A DNA stretch of 63,001 nt from an uncultured Nitrosopumilaceae archaeon (GTDB lineage Archaea; Thermoproteota; Nitrososphaeria; Nitrososphaerales; Nitrosopumilaceae). This document shows, in pieces, positions 50,083-59,249 of the stretch. How positions within the stretch are numbered: position 1 is the stretch's first letter; every line of letters starts with the position of its first letter. Under the pieces are notes generated by a model, which made no database searches, was not told the origin of the DNA, and saw only the letters and a program-made list of their open reading frames with translations. The DNA lies in contig CALCPD010000008.1 in the NCBI GenBank assembly GCA_937897875.1, positions 1 to 63,001 on the forward strand, read 5' to 3'. Made by a program: the position numbers and the translations under genes.

Positions 50083-50634
50083 ATGACGGAACATTTTGTA
50101 AGTTTCATCGATGACATATGGAACAAATTTCCAAAATTTAAAGAAGTTAAAAATACAGACCTTACTGATCACAACATTCTGTGGACATTAGAAGAATACA
50201 GAAAAATAAATTATGTGAATTTTCAAACAGGTAAAAAGGAATTATACAGATTAAGCATATTAATAGAAAATTATGCAGTTAAACACAACACTCCATTATT
50301 AGCAACTTTTGAAACTGAAGCAAGATACAAGTATGTAGAAGAAAGATACAGAGAAATCCTAGATAAAATTTCAAAGGCATGGATAATTGGTAATTTTAAT
50401 AATCCAGATTTAGCTCCACACCCACCACCATCTGCAGAAGTAGTTAGTTGTGATGGAACAAATATTTCCCCAATGTGGATTGTAGTTACAAAAGGAGAAA
50501 ACGGACCATTCGGATTAGTAGCTGAAGATCTAGGAGACAGTGAATACAGAGGTTTCTTTACATCAAATACAAGTATTTTAGAAAAAGTAATTGAAGATAT
50601 TAACGAGCAATTAAAAATTAAAATTACAATGTAA
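50083..50634 (+). CDS. Stand-alone DICT sensory domain protein 2
   Basis: Clear paralog of 48091-48645 (LLATFE, GPFGL.AE, RGFFT). Confidence 0.7.
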   Translation: MTEHFVSFIDDIWNKFPKFKEVKNTDLTDHNILWTLEEYRKINYVNFQTGKKELYRLSILIENYAVKHNTPLLATFETEARYKYVEERYREILDKISKAWIIGNFNNPDLAPHPPPSAEVVSCDGTNISPMWIVVTKGENGPFGLVAEDLGDSEYRGFFTSNTSILEKVIEDINEQLKIKITM

Positions 50635-50746
50635 AATAGAATAAAAAAATCAAATATTTATCAAATTTATTGAAAAAATATTAAAAATAATGAATTAATA
50701 GTTGTTTTATACTATATTTAGTAAAAATTAAGATAGGAATTTTAGT

Positions 50747-52150
50747 ATGGATCAAATATCTGTAACGTCAACACTGGAGAGAATTCAGGAATTAATAGAT
50801 AAAAATTCAGGGGACACAGGGAGATTAAATCACATAATAGATTTCATAAATAACGAAAAGCCACTATACAAAACAGATAGAATTTACTTAGAAAATAAAT
50901 TAAATCACCAAGTCATAATTACACCCAAAAAAATAATTCCTGAAGAAGATAGTTCATCAAAAAAAATTAAAAAATTATTGAAAATGGGTAAAGGAGATCC
51001 AGGAAGATTAGAACATATTTTGATAATGTTAGAAAAAGACAAAAAACTGTATAATTCAGATAAACAATATTTAGTAAATAATTTTGGAATATCAATTATT
51101 GAAAGTCAAAAAATAGAAAATAATGTAAAAATAGAAAAAAATAATGAATTAAAGGAAAAAATTAAAGTAGTAATGCCTAAAAATTGGAAGGCAGAAAAAA
51201 AGGAACCAGAATTACAAAAAATATTTAAAAAAATAGAAAAAGAAGAAAAAAAAATAAATATGAAAAATAAAAATTCAAAAGAAATCAATATTAAAAAAAA
51301 TGAATTAAATAATTTAATTATAGAACGAAAAGATAATGAGGGTAAAATTAATGAAGAAAGAAAATTTATAGAAGACAAAATTAATGCTGAAAGAAAATTA
51401 ATTCAAAAACAAACACAGTTAACTAAAGAAGTGAATTTACAAAAAAATGAATTATCAAATCTCAAGGAAGAAAGAAATTCAATATTAAAAAATATTGAAT
51501 TACAAAAAAGTACAACAATGAAAGATCTAGTTGTTCAGAAAAAACAATTAATTCAAGCACAAAAAGAGCAAACAAAAATAGAATCACAAGTTAATGCAGA
51601 AAAAACAAGATTATCTAAAATGGTTAAAGAACAAAAAGACAGATTAATCGAACAAGCAAAAATTGCTCAAGAAATCAAGGAAAAACAAGTAGAATTAGAT
51701 AGAACAAAACAGGATTATAATACAATTTGTACACAAGTTAATGCAGAAAAAAAGGAAATAAAACAATCAGAAAAATTAAAAATAGAGATCAAAGTAATGG
51801 AGCAAGAACTAAAAAAATCAGTAAAAGATAGATTAAAAATTTCAAAAATCATCATTAAAGAAAAAAACGCAATTACGATTAAAGCAAAACAAGAGAAGAA
51901 AAGACACAAGCAACAAGAAATAGGTAGAAAACAATTCAAAAAAGAGCAGAAAATTTTGGAATTATTAGAAACAAAGAATAAAAAAATAGAACAAAAAATA
52001 AAAGAAAATAATCAAAAATTGAAGCAGAAGCAGATAAAAATTAAAAACAAGATGGAAAAAAAGAACAAAGTCCTTCAAACATTAGTAAAACAAAAGAAGC
52101 CTGTGAAAAAAATGTATAAAAATACAACTAAAAGGCAATTAAAAAAGTAA
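50747..52150 (+). CDS. K/E/Q-rich coiled-coil protein with duplicated N-terminal GDxGRL motif
   Basis: GDTGRLNHI...LYKTD..YL and GDPGRLEHI...LYNSD..YL, then a long heptad-rich region. Confidence 0.7.
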   Translation: MDQISVTSTLERIQELIDKNSGDTGRLNHIIDFINNEKPLYKTDRIYLENKLNHQVIITPKKIIPEEDSSSKKIKKLLKMGKGDPGRLEHILIMLEKDKKLYNSDKQYLVNNFGISIIESQKIENNVKIEKNNELKEKIKVVMPKNWKAEKKEPELQKIFKKIEKEEKKINMKNKNSKEINIKKNELNNLIIERKDNEGKINEERKFIEDKINAERKLIQKQTQLTKEVNLQKNELSNLKEERNSILKNIELQKSTTMKDLVVQKKQLIQAQKEQTKIESQVNAEKTRLSKMVKEQKDRLIEQAKIAQEIKEKQVELDRTKQDYNTICTQVNAEKKEIKQSEKLKIEIKVMEQELKKSVKDRLKISKIIIKEKNAITIKAKQEKKRHKQQEIGRKQFKKEQKILELLETKNKKIEQKIKENNQKLKQKQIKIKNKMEKKNKVLQTLVKQKKPVKKMYKNTTKRQLKK

Positions 52151-52155
52151 AATAT

Positions 52156-53016
52156 CTATACAGTTGGAATAATTTCAGGTTTCTTAGATTGTATTAATTT
52201 TAAAATTTTTGTAATGGATAGATTTTGTCCAATAGAACCCCAATTTACAGAGTCATCTTTCACTGCTTGGCCGCCAACAATAATTGGAATGGCATATTGA
52301 TCATTTATTTTTTGAATCATTCTTTTAGCAGATAAAATATTTTCGTCAAGTGTAATTGAAACAAAAATGCAGTCAGGGTTGTTATTTTCAATAGATTCCA
52401 TAATAGAAGAAACAGGAGTAAATGGGGATAGGTTGTAAACAGTATTTCCTTTGGTGAGAAGTTGAGATTCAAGTACTTTTGTACCAAAAACATGTTGTTC
52501 ACCATAAGGTACGCAGATTAAGATTTTTTTCTTAGTCATGTTGGTGGAATTATTTTCTAAAATTAGATTCATTAAATCCTGTACTGCATTATAACAAGTT
52601 GTTTGAGTACCTAAATCAATTTTTTTACTACTTCCCAATAATTCAATATCATCAATTAGAGGAATTAAAACATCGTTAAGGAAGGATTCAAAGCCATAAA
52701 TTGTTTGATAGGATTCAACCAATGAATTTGCTTCAACATAGTCGCCATTTTTGAATGTAGAGAGCAAATCCTTTTGAAGTTTTTGAGTAATTTCAGTTTG
52801 AATATTAGGTTGAAAATATTTTTGATTCATAAAATAATCAGATATTTTTTTTGAATCACGGTAGTCTTCAGGAATATCATTAATAGATACGTCAGATTCT
52901 ATGCCCAAATATTTGATAATAGTCTGTTTTGATGTCTTTTTTTTAGCATCCCATGTGCTTTTTACAAGATAAAGATATTTTTGTCCACGAATGGATTTAA
53001 TTCTCAAATATGCCAA
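52156..53016 (-). CDS. Second cobalamin-binding regulator paralog (degenerate photoreceptor motif)
   Basis: Same N-terminal domain and GEQHVFG motif as 6250-7104; TTG start. Confidence 0.82.
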   Translation of the reverse strand: MAYLRIKSIRGQKYLYLVKSTWDAKKKTSKQTIIKYLGIESDVSINDIPEDYRDSKKISDYFMNQKYFQPNIQTEITQKLQKDLLSTFKNGDYVEANSLVESYQTIYGFESFLNDVLIPLIDDIELLGSSKKIDLGTQTTCYNAVQDLMNLILENNSTNMTKKKILICVPYGEQHVFGTKVLESQLLTKGNTVYNLSPFTPVSSIMESIENNNPDCIFVSITLDENILSAKRMIQKINDQYAIPIIVGGQAVKDDSVNWGSIGQNLSITKILKLIQSKKPEIIPTV

Positions 53017-53062
53017 TGAATAAAGTATGATTTTAGTATTTAATCCGATTACGCACCTAGAT

Positions 53063-53143
53063 GAGTACCAAGATAGCAGCAGAAGAAATTTAGATAAAAT
53101 ATTTTAAAAATGGTTCATATATGAAACAAAATGTGTGGCACCA
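53063..53143. promoter_or_regulatory. Degenerate regulon boxes: 53063-53071 (TTGGTACTC on -) and 53135-53143 (GTGGCACCA on +)
   Basis: Two mismatches each, but 19-20 nt from TATA-like elements (53036-53043; 53164-53170). Confidence 0.45.
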
Positions 53144-53197
53144 ATAGTCCATATCACAAACTCTTAAAAGCAGAAAATATTTAAAAAAAATATCAAA

Positions 53198-53758
53198 ATG
53201 AGCTATACAGAAGTTAGTCATGAACATTTGGAATCAATGGACAATACACACATCTTGTTATTTCACGAAGAACAAAAAAAAGCTGAAGAGATAGAATTTA
53301 GTTTTATTAAAACGGGTTTAGAGAATAAGCAAACTTGCTTCTATACAACAAATGATCCTGAAAAATTAAAAGAAAATATGAAAAAATTTGGAATTGATGT
53401 TGATACCAGCATTAAAAATGGATTGCTAAATATTGTTAAAATTCCAAAAGAGTTCGAAGATTACGAAAAAATGATCATGGATAAAGTAAAGTCACTTCCA
53501 CAAGATGGAAAAATCAGAGTTGTTTCAACTCATTATTTTGATTTCAATAAAGAAGCCAAAACAGAATCAATGGAAGAAATAGAGCAATGTGTAGATGATA
53601 GATTCCATAAAATCCCAGGAAATTTCATCTGTTCATTTCACGTACCCAGTGTAAACAAAGAATTAGCACCAAAATTTATGAAGAATTTGCTTGATTCACA
53701 TCATGAAATATTATTCCTTACAAAAGAGGATCAAATAGAAAAATTCAGTTTTGTTTAA
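53198..53758 (+). CDS. MEDS-like sensory domain protein
   Basis: HILLFHE......FSFIKTGLE....C.Y...ICSF...LL..H pattern. Confidence 0.7.
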   Translation: MSYTEVSHEHLESMDNTHILLFHEEQKKAEEIEFSFIKTGLENKQTCFYTTNDPEKLKENMKKFGIDVDTSIKNGLLNIVKIPKEFEDYEKMIMDKVKSLPQDGKIRVVSTHYFDFNKEAKTESMEEIEQCVDDRFHKIPGNFICSFHVPSVNKELAPKFMKNLLDSHHEILFLTKEDQIEKFSFV

Positions 53759-54030
53759 GTTAATCTTTGAGTAATTTCATTAATTAAATCATTTACATTA
53801 GAATAATCCTGATAGAATTTATTTCCTAACTCAGTAGTATCGATTTCATTTTCCATTTTAATTAATCCTTTTTCATTCATTTCATCAAGATATTTTAATA
53901 ATTTATCATATGAAGTGTTTGATTTGTGTTGAAGCCGTGTTTTAGAAATTTCTTCATTATCTTGTTTTTCAATTAAAATTGCAGAGAAAACATCAAAATA
54001 GATTTGTAATTTACTTCGTTTGTCCCTCAT
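53755..54030 (-). CDS. Small winged-helix DNA-binding protein
   Basis: KRSKLQIY.D...SKTRL....NTSY..L.KYL..M..KGLI...TELG. Confidence 0.85.
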   Translation of the reverse strand: MRDKRSKLQIYFDVFSAILIEKQDNEEISKTRLQHKSNTSYDKLLKYLDEMNEKGLIKMENEIDTTELGNKFYQDYSNVNDLINEITQRLT

Positions 54031-54302
54031 ATTGACTTCATTTTAAAATTAATTTGTGCTCATTAAAAAATCATACCTACATCCTACGATAGTCATTACA
54101 AGTAGAAATGGTTTTAAATTAAAAGTTAAGGGGTTGCAGTCATGGGTTTTGGAACACGTAGTAATCCCACAGCAAACATACTAGGGAAAAGGATGACTAG
54201 AATTAAGATCTGTACATAGCCAAAAATTATAAGGAATTTGAACTAATTTCAATCAAATAGTATCTTGAAAACAAACCTATTTCTAAAACTAGAAAAGTCA
54301 AG

Positions 54303-54399
54303 GATCAGGTTTGCACGCCTGAGATTATATGGTAAGTGATTTAGATTGCTGATCATAAAAGTCTCCAGTGGTAACTTCGGTTGCCACTGACATATTTTT
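54303..54399 (+). ncRNA. Candidate structured RNA or terminator (two hairpins, cUUCGg tetraloop)
   Basis: TCAGGT-TTGCAC-GCCTGA (54305-54322) and CAGTGGTAAC-TTCG-GTTGCCACTG (54366-54389), then a T-run. Confidence 0.35.
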
Positions 54400-54429
54400 G
54401 ATAGTAATTGAATTTTTATTTTAATTAAA

Positions 54430-54648
54430 TTAATTTTTTGAATCCAAATTATCCTGAACTTTCTTTTGAATCACAATTATACACTGATGACAAATTATGG
54501 ATTTATCAGACATGTTAGATATAATATCATTATTTTGAAAATCAGAATCATATGTTATACCAATTACCAATTTATTAGACCACACTTCAAAATCTTGTTT
54601 TTCTTTTCCACAAACAAAACAATTCATGGGATTAATAGATTCAATCAT
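54430..54648 (-). CDS. Small zinc-finger protein
   Basis: CFVC...ICHQC. Confidence 0.65.
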   Translation of the reverse strand: MIESINPMNCFVCGKEKQDFEVWSNKLVIGITYDSDFQNNDIISNMSDKSIICHQCIIVIQKKVQDNLDSKN

Positions 54649-54683
54649 AACTTAAGGGTGGCGATAAAATAAGAATTGTTCAA

Positions 54684-54812
54684 TCAACACAATACATCCT
54701 TACAATGAGGCATTAGAAAAGACATTATAATGAATCCCCCAAATACAGTGATTCCCAATGTAAGAGACAATCCAAGTAACAATGTTTTCTTATCATCTAA
54801 TTTCATTACCAT
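54684..54812 (-). CDS. 42-aa single-TM protein (not in ORF track)
   Basis: MVMKLDDKKTLLLGLSLTLGITVFGGFIIMSFLMPHCKDVLC; variant box 49 nt upstream. Confidence 0.6.
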   Translation of the reverse strand: MVMKLDDKKTLLLGLSLTLGITVFGGFIIMSFLMPHCKDVLC

Positions 54813-54860
54813 GATGCAATTTTAAAAAGAAAGTATATCAAGAATATTAATAAAAATTGC

Positions 54861-54869
54861 TAGTGGTAA
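54861..54869 (-). promoter_or_regulatory. Variant regulon box (TTACCACTA)
   Basis: TAGTGGTAA on + strand; 49 nt from ATG 54812; about 19-20 nt from TTGATATA. Confidence 0.6.
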
Positions 54870-54877
54870 AATTGAAT

Positions 54878-55072
54878 TTATGGATTAGATAAAGAATTAT
54901 CATTTAAACAATTTACAAGTTTATCACTATAGTGACCATATTGTTCCATACATGAAACAATCATACTTTCTAATTCATGTTGTTGTACATATTCATTATA
55001 GTATTCAGACCCAACAGTTCCAATCGCAATACTCACTAAAGCAATTATAAGAATAATGAAAACAAATTGCAT
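54878..55072 (-). CDS. Small membrane-anchored protein
   Basis: N-terminal TM helix, Cys pair. Confidence 0.55.
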   Translation of the reverse strand: MQFVFIILIIALVSIAIGTVGSEYYNEYVQQHELESMIVSCMEQYGHYSDKLVNCLNDNSLSNP

Positions 55073-55175
55073 AATTTTTTACAAAATTTTAAACTTAAGA
55101 AGATTATCTAATTTTAAAAATATCATCATTTAAAGGCAGAATTTGATGAAGATGTAGGCATAAAAATACATAAAA

Positions 55176-57062
55176 CTACATTTTATTTGGAGCAGAAATT
55201 CCAAGCAAATCTAATGCTTTCTCCAAAGTGAGATTAAAGGAATTAACTAAACAAATTCGAGCTGATTTTAAAGCATCATTATCAGAATCTAAAACTTTTA
55301 CATGTTCATAAAATGAATTAAACGAAACTGCGAGATCATGGCAATATCTAGCAACCACTTTAGGAGCAAAATTATTTGCAGCATCACGAACTTGTAAGTT
55401 AAAAAGACCAATGGTTTTAACTAAATCAAGTTCAGATTTTTCTTGAAGCAATGAAAAATCAACATCAATGTTTGGTTTGATTCCAGATTTTTCTAATATT
55501 CTTGATGCTCTTGCATATGCATATTGAATGTATGGTGCAGTATCACCTTCCAAACTAAGTGATTTTGCCAAATCAAAAGTAATTATTTTATCCAAATCCT
55601 GTTTGATCATTTCATAACGTAAAGTACCAATGGAAACAGATTGTGCAATTTTATCAATTTCAGCATCACTCATTTCAGAATGTCGTTTTTTAGTTTCCTC
55701 AATAATTTTTTGCTTTAATAATTCACAAACAGAATCAGCACTCACATACAACCCCTTTCTACCAGACATTTGAGCTTGTTTCCCATCAGTTTCCAATCCA
55801 AGAGTTTTTGCAGTATCAGAACTTAATGTAACGGACTCATATCCAAGATGAACATAACTATTTGGGGTTGAATTGAATTTTTCCATTAATGTTGTAATAA
55901 TTTTTTGTAATCGCTCTTGACGTGAATCAATTACAGTTACCACTTTCTGAGCAGTAAAATTTTGAGGAGTATTAGATTCATCAGTCAAACTAGTTTGCCA
56001 GAGATTTTTACAATTAGGCTGATGGGCATCATATTTTTGATAGTAAAAAGGGTCATCCAATAATCCTAATTTCCATGCAGCATAGGGAATATCCTTGGCA
56101 ATATAGGTAGCAGTACCATTACTTCTAACAATCACCTTGTCTTCTTCCTTGCCATCCCCACGAATTACCCAACATTGAGCATTTTTACCCTGATTTTCAA
56201 ATTCTATGAGATCCATTTCTTTGAGTTTTTTAAAGATTTTTGACCATAATCCTGAGCGAATTATTTGAGACTCAAAATTAAGACAATCGTAAGAAACATT
56301 GAGATTCCAGCAAGTTTGTAATTGACCAGATAGAACTTTTCTAGTAATAATATCCCCAAATGCTGCAGTTTCAGAATCACCATCTTCAAGTTCTTTTAAA
56401 GTATTTTTTCTAATTTCTTCAAGAGAAGAATCAAGTTCATATTTTTGAGTAGTTTTAACATAAACATCATCACCACAATAATGGTCAAATTTCTTTCCGT
56501 TTGGAGGTTCTTCATCAAATCCAAAATGTTTGAATCCTACAATAATATCAGCAACTTGTAATCCAGAATCATCAATATAATTAAGAACATTAACTTTGTA
56601 ATTTGCCTTGGTTAAAATTCTAGAAATAGTATCACCAACAACAATATTTCTAATATGACCAATGTGTAATGCTTTGTTAGGATTAACACTGGTATGTTCT
56701 ACTACAATGTTTGAATTATTTCCAATATTAACATCTCCAAAGGTATCAAGATAAGATTGAGATAAAATCAATTTACTTAGTTTTGTCCAATTAGCAAAAA
56801 AGTTAAGATAACCAGAAGGATGTGCCTCAGTCTTCAAAACAAGCACGCTATCACATTTAGAATATGCATCAGATAAAATTTGAGTAATTTCTTTAGGACT
56901 TTTTTTCATTTCTTTTGCAAGTAAAAATGCAATGTTAGAACTAACATCACCAAATCCAGGCTTTGCAACATCTACAGAAAAAGATATGTCAGAAAGAGAT
57001 AGATCATGAATGATTTTTTTTAGATTACTTTGAATTTCATCAATTATAGTTTGAAATGTCAT
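55176..57062 (-). CDS. argS: Arginyl-tRNA synthetase
   Basis: EHTSVNPNKALHIGH, RSNGTATY, MSGRKG, PYIQYAYAR. Confidence 0.96.
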   Translation of the reverse strand: MTFQTIIDEIQSNLKKIIHDLSLSDISFSVDVAKPGFGDVSSNIAFLLAKEMKKSPKEITQILSDAYSKCDSVLVLKTEAHPSGYLNFFANWTKLSKLILSQSYLDTFGDVNIGNNSNIVVEHTSVNPNKALHIGHIRNIVVGDTISRILTKANYKVNVLNYIDDSGLQVADIIVGFKHFGFDEEPPNGKKFDHYCGDDVYVKTTQKYELDSSLEEIRKNTLKELEDGDSETAAFGDIITRKVLSGQLQTCWNLNVSYDCLNFESQIIRSGLWSKIFKKLKEMDLIEFENQGKNAQCWVIRGDGKEEDKVIVRSNGTATYIAKDIPYAAWKLGLLDDPFYYQKYDAHQPNCKNLWQTSLTDESNTPQNFTAQKVVTVIDSRQERLQKIITTLMEKFNSTPNSYVHLGYESVTLSSDTAKTLGLETDGKQAQMSGRKGLYVSADSVCELLKQKIIEETKKRHSEMSDAEIDKIAQSVSIGTLRYEMIKQDLDKIITFDLAKSLSLEGDTAPYIQYAYARASRILEKSGIKPNIDVDFSLLQEKSELDLVKTIGLFNLQVRDAANNFAPKVVARYCHDLAVSFNSFYEHVKVLDSDNDALKSARICLVNSFNLTLEKALDLLGISAPNKM

Positions 57063-57063
57063 A

Positions 57064-57759
57064 CTATATCTCAGATAATTTAGGTGCTAATTTATCTAGT
57101 GCTTCAAGAACCCCATCACCACTACTACCAGATACAGTCATAGTAGCCTCAGATCTCACAATTTCAGATGCATTACCTAAAGCAATACTAGTTTTTGCAA
57201 CTTTAAACAAAGGAATATCAGTGGCACTATCACCGATTGCAATTACATCATCTTTTACAATATTATATTTATTCATTAATTCTGTAAATCCAGATCCTTT
57301 GTCAATTCCTTTAGAATTAATGTGAATTGCATATTGACTATCAGATAAATTAACATCAAGATTATTTTCAGAAAGAATTTTTCGGGCATCATCCATATCA
57401 AAAGTTCTTTCTAAAACAACTTCAGTTAATCTTGGAAAAACAGGTTTTTTTGTAACGTCATCCAAATTATTTTTAATTAAATCAAATGCCCTATTGCAGA
57501 CTTCAATATCCCCTAACAAAATATGATTATCAGCATCTAAAGCAATACACCCACCATTTTCACCAACAGCAATTTTTCGTGTTCCACCAAATACTGACAG
57601 CAGGTATGCTTCAACAGAAGATCTACCGGTTACATAGATTACATCATGACCCATGTTAGTTAATCGCCTTAATGCCTCCAATGCATCAAGATGAATCCTA
57701 CCACCACCATTTTCAGTAATAGTTCCATCAATATCAACTGCAAAAGTTTTCTTTTTCAT
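57064..57759 (-). CDS. Archaeal phosphoglycolate phosphatase (HAD IIB)
   Basis: DIDGTIT, TGR, ENGG, DKG, IGDS.TD. Confidence 0.88.
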   Translation of the reverse strand: MKKKTFAVDIDGTITENGGGRIHLDALEALRRLTNMGHDVIYVTGRSSVEAYLLSVFGGTRKIAVGENGGCIALDADNHILLGDIEVCNRAFDLIKNNLDDVTKKPVFPRLTEVVLERTFDMDDARKILSENNLDVNLSDSQYAIHINSKGIDKGSGFTELMNKYNIVKDDVIAIGDSATDIPLFKVAKTSIALGNASEIVRSEATMTVSGSSGDGVLEALDKLAPKLSEI

Positions 57760-57907
57760 AAAAATTAATTTTTGTTACTAAATAATAATTGTATCAGAAG
57801 TACACCAAATAATTTATCAAATACAACCATCAGGACAACAATACATTTTGTTATTTTTAGAATACGGTAAACTCATTTAACTAACGATTTTGTAAATCAA
57901 ATCTATA

Positions 57908-58468
57908 TTGACAACTAAGTATGATGATTTGATTCTAAAAAATACATCTAATTGGCGATCCACAAGTGACATTACAAGAAAAGTGGGAGGAGACAAATCG
58001 GCAATAATTCAGGCATGTGAAAGATTAGTAGAAATGGATTATCTACAAACAAATCCAAATAAAAATAAAATAATGTATAAACGAAAAGACACACTACAAA
58101 GTGAATTTAATTTTCTTTTAATGATGGATAAATTTGAAATGAATCAGAAAACCGAAATGAATCGTTTAAAGCAAATTCCCACTTTAATGATGACAGACGG
58201 TAAAAGATTCAGATCTAAGGGAATCGAATTACTGGAGCATATTTTAGAGGAGGTGGATAGAGCTTACAGAGTCAAAATAAGATTAGATTATCAAAAAAAT
58301 GAATCATTAATTTCTTCAGAAATTGCAAATGATAGAATTAAGAAATTAGATAAATATATTGAAAAAATTATGAATGAAGTAATGAATAAGCATGAAGAAG
58401 AAAACACCATCAAAGCAATTAGAGAATACTTTCAAAATCATGCCACTAAATTTGAATTAAAAATTTAA
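57908..58468 (+). CDS. Hypothetical protein with possible N-terminal winged helix
   Basis: STSDITRKVGGDKSAIIQACERLVEMDYL. Confidence 0.6.
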   Translation: MTTKYDDLILKNTSNWRSTSDITRKVGGDKSAIIQACERLVEMDYLQTNPNKNKIMYKRKDTLQSEFNFLLMMDKFEMNQKTEMNRLKQIPTLMMTDGKRFRSKGIELLEHILEEVDRAYRVKIRLDYQKNESLISSEIANDRIKKLDKYIEKIMNEVMNKHEEENTIKAIREYFQNHATKFELKI

Positions 58469-58586
58469 TTGTATTTTGAAATTTGAATAATCCATATAAA
58501 TTTTAAAATGATTCAGGTTATTTTATCAGTAAACGCATAACAGAAAATTAAAAAAAATTAAGCAAGAGTAATCTAATACCAAGATT

Positions 58587-58721
58587 ATGGATAAAATTGT
58601 GAAAATTATTATTGGATTTATTGTAATTGGAACAATAATACATTTTGTAGTTAATGATGACCCATTAAATTTTGATTGGGCTTTTGAATGTAAAAAAACA
58701 TTAGCAACAGTTGGATGTTAA
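58587..58721 (+). CDS. 44-aa single-TM protein (not in ORF track)
   Basis: MDKIVKIIIGFIVIGTIIHFVV...ECKKTLATVGC. Confidence 0.5.
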   Translation: MDKIVKIIIGFIVIGTIIHFVVNDDPLNFDWAFECKKTLATVGC

Positions 58722-58769
58722 GTCAAAACATGAAAAAGTCTTAAGACGGTAAGTGAAATAGAAGATCTA

Positions 58770-59249
58770 GTGAAGAAAAATACCCTCTTAGGATTAACAA
58801 TAATTAGTTGTATTGGAGTTATTTTTGCAGTAATTTTTGATGATAAAATGGAAGAAGTAGAAAATCCAACAGACAGTGAAGAAAAAATATCAGAGTATGA
58901 AAAAATTACAACAGAGGCACAAAGAGTAAATTTAGATGTAAAACAGAGAGTAAATGAATTACAATTACAATATGATGAAATTATTGAATATTCATGTATG
59001 GAGTCAAGACCTCAATCATATTTTGAAATTATATTAGAAGAAAGAATCCTAGAAGCAGAGCACAGGTTAAGGTATCTATCAGAACAACAATCAGAAATTG
59101 AAAATATTAAAAATGAAATTCAAATTATAAATAAAAATAATCCAGAATCAAGCAAGGAATCATTTGAATTATTTGAATGGGAATGCGTAAATCAGAAATT
59201 TTGGATTGATGAGTATCCACATTTAGAGGAAATTCTAACTAAACGTTAG
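58770..59249 (+). CDS. Membrane-anchored coiled-coil protein
   Basis: N-terminal TM helix, acidic helical region. Confidence 0.6.
   Translation: MKKNTLLGLTIISCIGVIFAVIFDDKMEEVENPTDSEEKISEYEKITTEAQRVNLDVKQRVNELQLQYDEIIEYSCMESRPQSYFEIILEERILEAEHRLRYLSEQQSEIENIKNEIQIINKNNPESSKESFELFEWECVNQKFWIDEYPHLEEILTKR

Noticed and set aside
54180-54390. Cobalamin riboswitch (AGGGAA and GCCACTG words present)
   Set aside because: The remaining conserved elements and spacing are not recognisable, and there is no downstream + strand gene
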